DNA of 64,000 nucleotides from Hormiphora californensis (lineage: Eukaryota > Animalia > Ctenophora): NCBI GenBank assembly GCA_020137815.1, contig CM035354.1, forward strand, positions 6,882,001 through 6,946,000, given 5' to 3'. A program made the translations under genes and the position numbers. The notes under the pieces are model-generated. The model did not search any database, was not told the origin of the DNA, and was given only the letters and a program-made list of their open reading frames with translations. Shown in pieces: positions 48,067 through 64,000 of this stretch. How positions within the stretch are numbered: position 1 is the stretch's first letter; every line of letters starts with the position of its first letter.

Positions 48067-50325
48067 CTCTCTACCTCTCTGTTTGTTCTCTCTATCTCTC
48101 CCTCTCTCACAGTGTGAGGAGCTGCTCTCTCACGCGTGTAGCTGGTCCTGTCCCCTCGGTCCCCTAGCTCCTGGAGTAGCACGTGGTTTTCTAGAAATAT
48201 CACGTGATCTAGAGATCCTGTGAGAAAAAATGAGGGCAATTAAGCTCGCCTTGGCTGGCGCTTATCACACGTCGCCCTGACCTCTCTCCAGTGACCTCAG
48301 GGGTCTGTTCTTATAACCAAACTCGGTATATCAATTGATCAAAGTATGGGGAACCCAGGTCCCGCCGCTCTAGTAACGCCCTGTTGTTCATTATAATGAT
48401 GGGCCGGTATATGTGACGCAATGCAGTCCTTAATGTGTCAAAATATATACTTTGGGGCGTTGTTCCCAGCTGCCACCTGGAAGGTGCTGAATATAGCTCC
48501 TCAAATCGTCTCACAAGCAGGGGCAATTAGGGGCATCTCCCCATCCAAACGGAATGCAGCGATCTCTCAGCGATCATAGTGCTTGTCTGAGTACACGCCC
48601 CGAAATAATATAATAATACGGGAAATTATTAATCTCGTGATCAATATCTGACCGTCCGACCATGGGGTAGTCTGAATCCTGATGGCGAAAGGACAGGAGC
48701 TCGAAAGCGTGAAAAGGAAGGATGGTTGTAAATTGTTATCCACCGATCAATATTGTTATGGAGCGGCAAGAGCAAAGGGTCAAGAAAAGCGATTAATATT
48801 GGAAGAAGTGACCGGACAAAATATCAAATCGTATAAAGAAGTGAAATGAGAGTACGTTGATGGTAGAAAATTTGATGAAATATTATATTGAACGCTGCGT
48901 ATGGATGTTCGAACCCTTTATTGACCCCGACTTTAACGAACCTACCCTATCGACCCCCTCTTTCTGCTTCTCCCCCTTTCGGTTTCACGGATCGGACAGA
49001 AAGAATATAAATACTCGTACAAACATTATATATATAGTTTGTTGAGTACTCAACAAATCATAGGATGGTATTGACAAATTTAAGATAACTAAAACATATC
49101 ATTTATAGTTGCCCGAGCGTATATAAGGGAGATATATGGATTATATGCCAAAATTATCCACCCATGGGTACCACCCATGGGGGTCACTCACTTGGATCCA
49201 TCGCATCCTATTCTCGCTCCGCGAATGTGAGATCGATCTCGGTCGCTGCGCGACCTCGATCTCACTCAGGCATCAATGTGGCCAAGTCACTCACGAGCAC
49301 TCACACTAGTGTCGACCAAATCACAATGACGAAAGTCGCGATAGTTCTTTAGGGTTTCACACCCGACACTCATAGAAGAAGAAGAAGATGCCAAAATCCA
49401 AGCATTTATTGTCGATTCTGTTTGATAAACAATGTGGCCAGTAAGTGTAACTAAGTAGTGGGGGAATTGGATCTGACTGAACAAATAAATTCCTTTAGTA
49501 AAATGAAAAACTGATCCTTGGTCAATGAGAGTAAACCAATGGCATGTTGTGCTTAAAAACCCCTCAAAGATAAGAGTAATATGAAAATCGACAAGCCTTT
49601 CCAGTTTAGTTGTTGCAACATGTTGTTATGAAAATTCTGAATACTGAATTGGTACCATTGGTACCATTGGTACATATTCATATGTGTGAGCTCGGTCTCA
49701 GTCGCTAAGCGACTTCGGTCTCGCACGCACAGATGTCTTTGCCACGAAAATCTTGAATAGCTTTCACACGATTGCTATATTTCATTATCTAAGGCCGATA
49801 AAGCATCAAATAAATTGGTTAAACCCAATTAGCACCGGATAACTCCGATATTGATGGACTGATGGAGAACTCTGCGGAGCTCCAAGAATTCCGGGTTTAT
49901 AAAGACACCCCTTTCACTTATCTCACCTGCTTTGAATTGGGTAGAACCTTTGGGCGTGACAGATAAAGAGGCTTGCAAAGGTAAACAACAAGAAGGACAG
50001 CCTGACTAGCGGATAACGGCGATCAATCATCGATTCAAATTTCATCGGAACGCTGGCTGTAATTTCCTCATTCCGTTTGAGTGGTTCAGGTAGGTTCAGA
50101 TGTTCAAATGGATCGCTAAAAGTAGGTCATACACTTTAGATATACAAAGATCTCACAGAGGGAGCAACCAAACTACAAAAGTGAGCCTTAAAAAAAGCAC
50201 CCATCAAGCATCGAGGACACGTGTAATTTAGCAAATTGCTCGTACATACGAACTCTAGTACGATAAACTTTGATTCATGGCTTGGTTCCACTGTCCCGGT
50301 ACACCCTTTAGAGAAACTATAGAGA

Positions 50326-50459
<134 letters not shown>

Positions 50460-51606
50460 AAGAGAGAAAGAGAGAGAAAGAGAGAGAGGGAGGGAGAGTG
50501 GTGCACCAACTTGACGTGCAATCAACAGGACCAACTAGAAGGGACCATCTTGGGCGTCTACCTAAGTCAGCAGCATCGACCTGATCTAGGCCATTGGGAT
50601 AGGCCGGTTCCCGTCGGCCGTGACAATCGCGTCTATCTTTGTGTTTTTCCTTTCGTTATCATTCTCTAATATGATCATCTATAGTTCTCACTAATAATCG
50701 CTTTGTATAGACGTACCAATTTAGATAAGTGGCCGGGGATATAGTCGCGAGACAGAGTTTTTACCCCTTCGTTTTCCCGTTGGCTGTTTCATTGCGTCTC
50801 CACTGCATCCTCAGACATCTCACACCTCCTGAGGGAAAATAAGAGAGAGGGAGAGAGAGGGAGAGTGGGGATAGATCATTCGATGATCCAAGACAAGAGA
50901 CCACTTGTAGTAATGAGTTGAACAAGAATTGCCGCGGGAATCATTACGACCAGCTCGTACCATGACAAATTGAGGGACGCCAATTACTCCAAAAATATGG
51001 AAATCTCATATGGGGCCTCTTCTTAAGCAAGGGACGGCTGAATGCGCGTCGATAGAATCTATCGGCTAAATCATCGGATTGGAGGGTGTGATTTAGTTGG
51101 TTTGGTAATCGGGGAGGGAAATTCGTCCAAGTCATGCTCCTTTTTACGTCATCCTGACAAAATAAATTAATGATGTAATCGTCAAAATGTTTGTCAATTT
51201 CACAGACAACCGACTGTGTGTTTGAGTCGCCTGACACTGTGTCCGTATTACAAATAAAGTATAAACAATTCAAGTGTATTTTGTAAAATGGTCCTTGTGC
51301 TCTTGAAAAAAAACATGAAACAATGGCTGAATCAGAAGTCACACTTCAAAGTTTCAAACTTCATGAACCATTTCCCTGCGATGACTTCCATTGGTCAAGA
51401 AAATATATAATATTATTAGCATAGCAACTATCTTTTGTTCTTAAACCCACACTTGTGAAAACGATGTGCTATATGTATCGATAAGTTGGTTAAAAGGTGC
51501 TAAAAACCAGTCGAGATGTGAAAATAGAAGATTCAGGGAGCACCTGGAGCATCCGGTCGAGTGCTATAAAAACAGACTTGAAGATGATCATTTTTCACAC
51601 TGCACC

Positions 51607-53168
51607 ATGAAGTACTTGGTTTTGTTCGTTTTGTTGGGCGTCGCAGCCTGTGCTGCTGATGAGAAACACAGGCGGGGACCCAAGATCAAGGTGAAACCTG
51701 TAATCAGGGCAATTCAGGGTTCTGACGTTGAGTTCAACTTCAGAATTATGGGTGAGTGAAGAAAATACTACGACAATATTGTGTTCTTTATCAATATGAT
51801 AATGCACCATTGTAATTTCAATAAGCATGGCACTACTATCTCATCACAACTGCAGATATAACTATTAAAATGTTCCTGTTAATGTTGCAGGAAAGCTACC
51901 CCTGGAGGAGGAGCGAGTTGAGATTCTGAAACTGCTGAACGAGCATGAGAGCATTGAATCTGACTTTGATATTTCATTCAGGAACTCCACCGAAGGCGAA
52001 AAGAAGGAGTAAGTAAATTAGCGAAGATGATGTTCTAAGTAGTACATAGCTGCTACCAAGGGATTATACCAAGGGAAAATCTTTGAAAATAAGCGTATCA
52101 CTAACAATTATTGTGTTTTACAGGCGACATGTTCTTCACGGATTTGCCAGCCTGACCAATGTGACCTGTGAAGACCAGAGGAAGTACAGGATCAACTACA
52201 TCGCTAAAGAGCGAGAAATCGAGCTTGACCTCCCCGAAAAACGACGAAATGGAGTTTTCCATCTGGCTGTTAAGGGATGCAAAAGGCCCAAGCCTGAGCC
52301 AAGGCCCGAGCCCGAGCCAAGGTCCGTTGCTGACCATAGGCCCCATGGACCTCAAATCTTTGTGAGGCCAATTTATTTTCCCAGGAAATCAGGCAATCTG
52401 ACCATCAGGTTCAAAGTTGTTGGTAAGTGACAAGATTTTATCTTAATCGCGATCCCTTTTAATATCCAAAGTCTAAACCTATGACATATTCGGGCCATGC
52501 TCCCTGTCAGTGTCAGCACGACCACTAGACCATTTTGTTCTCGCAAAACGCGAACGATCAGTACCCTGTGTTTTTTATAGGAAGGCGACGACTGGACGAA
52601 GATCGGGTTGAGATTCTGAAGTTGCTCAACAGGACTTCTAGCATCGAGTCCGATTTCGATATCTCCTTCAAGGATCGTGATGATGATGATGAAGATGAAG
52701 ATGACTCAATTGAGTTTGATTTTAAAGATGACGACGAGGAGGATGAGGATGATCATCACCGGTGAGTAAATAGTTGAAAGAGTTGCACTGTAGTACTACT
52801 GGGAAGTGACGTTTAATTAATTAAACGTCACTTCCTTTAAATTATAATTTCTAACATCTTCTATCAAGTTGACCATGTGTAGCAGGAGGAATACTCTTTT
52901 CCAGGCAGGTGCCCAAACCACAATAACACTCCATATTTTCAGGCGATACGTCCTGAAGGGAGTAGCGACCTTGACTGACGTGGACTGTGATGACCAGAGG
53001 AAATATAGGATCAGGTATGCCTGCCGAGAACGAGACGATGAGGAACTCGAGTTTGATCATCACCACCGACGAAAAGGAATGTTTGCGTTGCGAGTTAGAG
53101 GATGTCCTCGACCCCGACCCGACCCTCGACCTAAGCCTGATCCTCGACCCGAGCCTATCGAATACTAA
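51607..53168 (+). CDS. Secreted ~322-aa protein with two tandem Ig-like repeats, acidic/His inserts and PRPEP linkers; exons 51607-51751, 51891-52008, 52124-52422, 52581-52761, 52943-53168
   Basis: Signal peptide MKYLVLFVLLGVAACAA. Exons sum to 969 nt in phase. RVEILKLLN...SIESDFDISF and LT(N/D)V(T/D)C(E/D)DQRKYRI each occur twice, with introns at equivalent positions. Confidence 0.9.
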
Positions 53169-53220
53169 GTGTGTGTGTGTGCTGTTGCTAAATTAAAATA
53201 TGTAAAGTGTAAACGTGGTA

Positions 53221-53391
53221 CAGTCGGACCCCGATTTAGGGACACCCTCGGGGGAAAGGCTCTTGTCCACTAAATCGGGGTGTCCACTAAATCGGGGTCA
53301 AATAAGGTTAAATTCCTATATCGGGGGAAAAAATCCTGTCCATAAATCGGGGTGCCACTAAATCGGGGGCCCCTAAATCGGGGTCCGACTG
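53221..53391. mobile_element. Tc1/mariner-pogo-like MITE, same family as 24245-24394
   Basis: TA-CAGTCGGACCCCGATTTAGGG...CCCTAAATCGGGGTCCGACTG-TA. Confidence 0.9.
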
Positions 53392-53873
53392 TAAAACTAA
53401 AAAATATAAATTTCTTTTCCCAAAGATATGCAATATCAGGCGTTTTAATGTGCCTCTGTGACGAATCACCACTGACAAATTTGGAGGAGCGCCGGAGCGA
53501 AACAGGGTTGAACATGGGGGTCCAATGTTCACCCCTGGGGCCACTCCCCCATTGGGGGAGTGGCCCCAGGGGTGAACATTGGAAATTGGGGGAGTTCCTC
53601 AATTATACTCGCGGTAGGTATGGTGGCAACAGCAGTAAGCCGGGTTTGAGACTTTGAGGGGAGGGGTTAAGGGCAGGTTGAGGGGAGGGGTGGGTTCAGG
53701 TACTGCCTCTATAACGGGGGGCTGGGCAGAGGGGATGGGATAACAAATGCTGGCTCCAGGGGGGCAGCTGCAACCGTGACAGGTTCCAGGGTGGCAGGTT
53801 CAGCAGGTTCAGCAGGAGCTGAGGTGGCATCGCCAGAGGTGGTACCTCAGGAAGGGGCTGCACCACGCCGTGT

Positions 53874-54756
<883 letters not shown>

Positions 54757-55173
54757 GGTTTTGCAGAAAATTGTGCTCAAATTCCAGAATTGACTGCAGA
54801 GGCGGGCTAAGCTAAGTTACGTCGCAAACAGGGCCGCGCGCACGCGCAATCCAAAAGCAAACCTGAAATTGAAATTTTAGAATTTCAAAAAATACGTTTC
54901 TTTAAAAAATCAGATCAGAAAAAATCGGAAACGTCAAACGTGGTCCCCGTTTCTGTTTAGTTTTACTAACACGATTACGAGGTCTTTGATACTGTGGAAT
55001 CTTTTGTATCATGACTTGAGTTGTATCACACGCCTTAGGGTATCGTCCAGTACTACACCCCAGGTTGCACCGGCCGCTGGCTCGATAACTCAAGACCTCC
55101 TGATGGTCATAAACACGCTTAGAAATCTGACAATTAATATTAACTATAGTGATTAACTATTAGAAATCTAATA

Positions 55174-55980
55174 CAGTCCTGTCGACAACTACACTTCAAA
55201 TCTCAGAATTTCAAATTTTCGGTTCAAATGTGTAGACTACTAAAATTGAAACTGCTGGGGAGGGTTGGCACTTCTCATAACTCACCTGGGCAGCCACCAG
55301 AGGTCCAAAACCACTAAAAAAGGTCAAAAAATCAATTTTCGATTTGAGGAAAACGACCGGCATCACGAGATTCCTCGTCAAATTCTAAGCATCCTCGTAT
55401 AATTCTAGCTCACCAATTCAAACCAGTTCGGAGAAATGAGCGATGAAAGAAGCAAAAAGTGAACAATATTATCGGAGGAAGGGCTCAACTGGCTAAAAAT
55501 AGATGACTGAATTCCTGTGTTTAGTCTATTGTAACAATCTCACTTTGCGCTCTCTCTTTTCTGATCTTGGAAGGGGGAAAAGGGGAAGTGCAGAAAAGAG
55601 AGAGCGCAAAGTGAGATTCTTACAATAGACTAAACACAGGAATTCAGTCATCTATTTTTAGCCAGTTGAGCCCTTCCTCCGATAATATTGTTCACTTTTT
55701 GCTTCTTTCATCGCTCATTTCTCCGAACTGGTTTGAATTGGTGAGCTAGAATTATACGAGGATGCTTAGAATTTGACGAGGAATCTCGTGATGCCGGTCG
55801 TTTTCCTCAAATCGAAAATTGATTTTTTGACCTTTTTGAGTGGTTTTGGACCTCTGGTGGCTGCCCAGGTGAGTTATGAGAAGTGCCAACCCTCCCCAGC
55901 AGTTTCAATTTTAGTAGTCTACACATTTGAACCGAAAATTTGAAATTCTGAGATTTGAAGTGTAGTTGTCGACAGGACTG
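55174..55980. mobile_element. 807-bp foldback/palindromic element (CAGTCCTGTCGAC termini, ATA on both flanks)
   Basis: ~390-bp arms with only a couple of mismatches and a ~28-nt purine-rich loop near 55563-55590; it ends 2 nt before the putative start codon of the SOS-like gene. Confidence 0.85.
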
Positions 55981-55982
55981 AT

Positions 55983-63856
<7,874 letters not shown>

Positions 63857-64000
63857 GTAAGTTATGAAGAGAGATTTCTCGTTTAGTTAGTGTTTGTGTC
63901 TTTGTTTGTCAAATGTTGATGATCACAGGTCATTTTGTTTCTATTCCTGTACAAGTATCGTACTGTAAACGATATTAGAGAGCTCACACTGCAGAATTAG

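Overview
Eukaryotic (animal) genomic DNA with short GT-AG introns, long (AG)n and (TCTG)n microsatellites and many short palindromic transposon relics. The repeat types and one protein domain resemble what I recall from ctenophore (Pleurobrachia-like) gene models; that assignment is an inference. Genes reconstructed by hand-splicing: (1) the 5' end of a secreted-protein gene running off the left edge; (2) DNA polymerase theta (POLQ) carrying an XRCC1 N-terminal-like domain in frame at its N-terminus, the most novel observation here; (3) a six-finger C2H2 factor with an eh1-like motif; (4) a VIT/vWA (VWA5A-like) gene; (5) a 78-aa microprotein missed by the ORF track; (6) an 8-exon Wnt; (7) a secreted protein with two Ig-like repeats and acidic/His-rich inserts; (8) a divergent SOS-like DH-PH-REM-CDC25 gene interleaved with (9) an antisense secreted sushi-domain gene. 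Mobile DNA includes a Helentron/DINE-like tandem array, several MITE families, a piggyBac-like relic and a Penelope-like inverted insertion carrying a hammerhead-ribozyme motif. Several single-base frameshifts at short homopolymers and one garbled duplicate suggest residual long-read consensus errors. All homology calls are by eye from remembered motifs; no searches were run.
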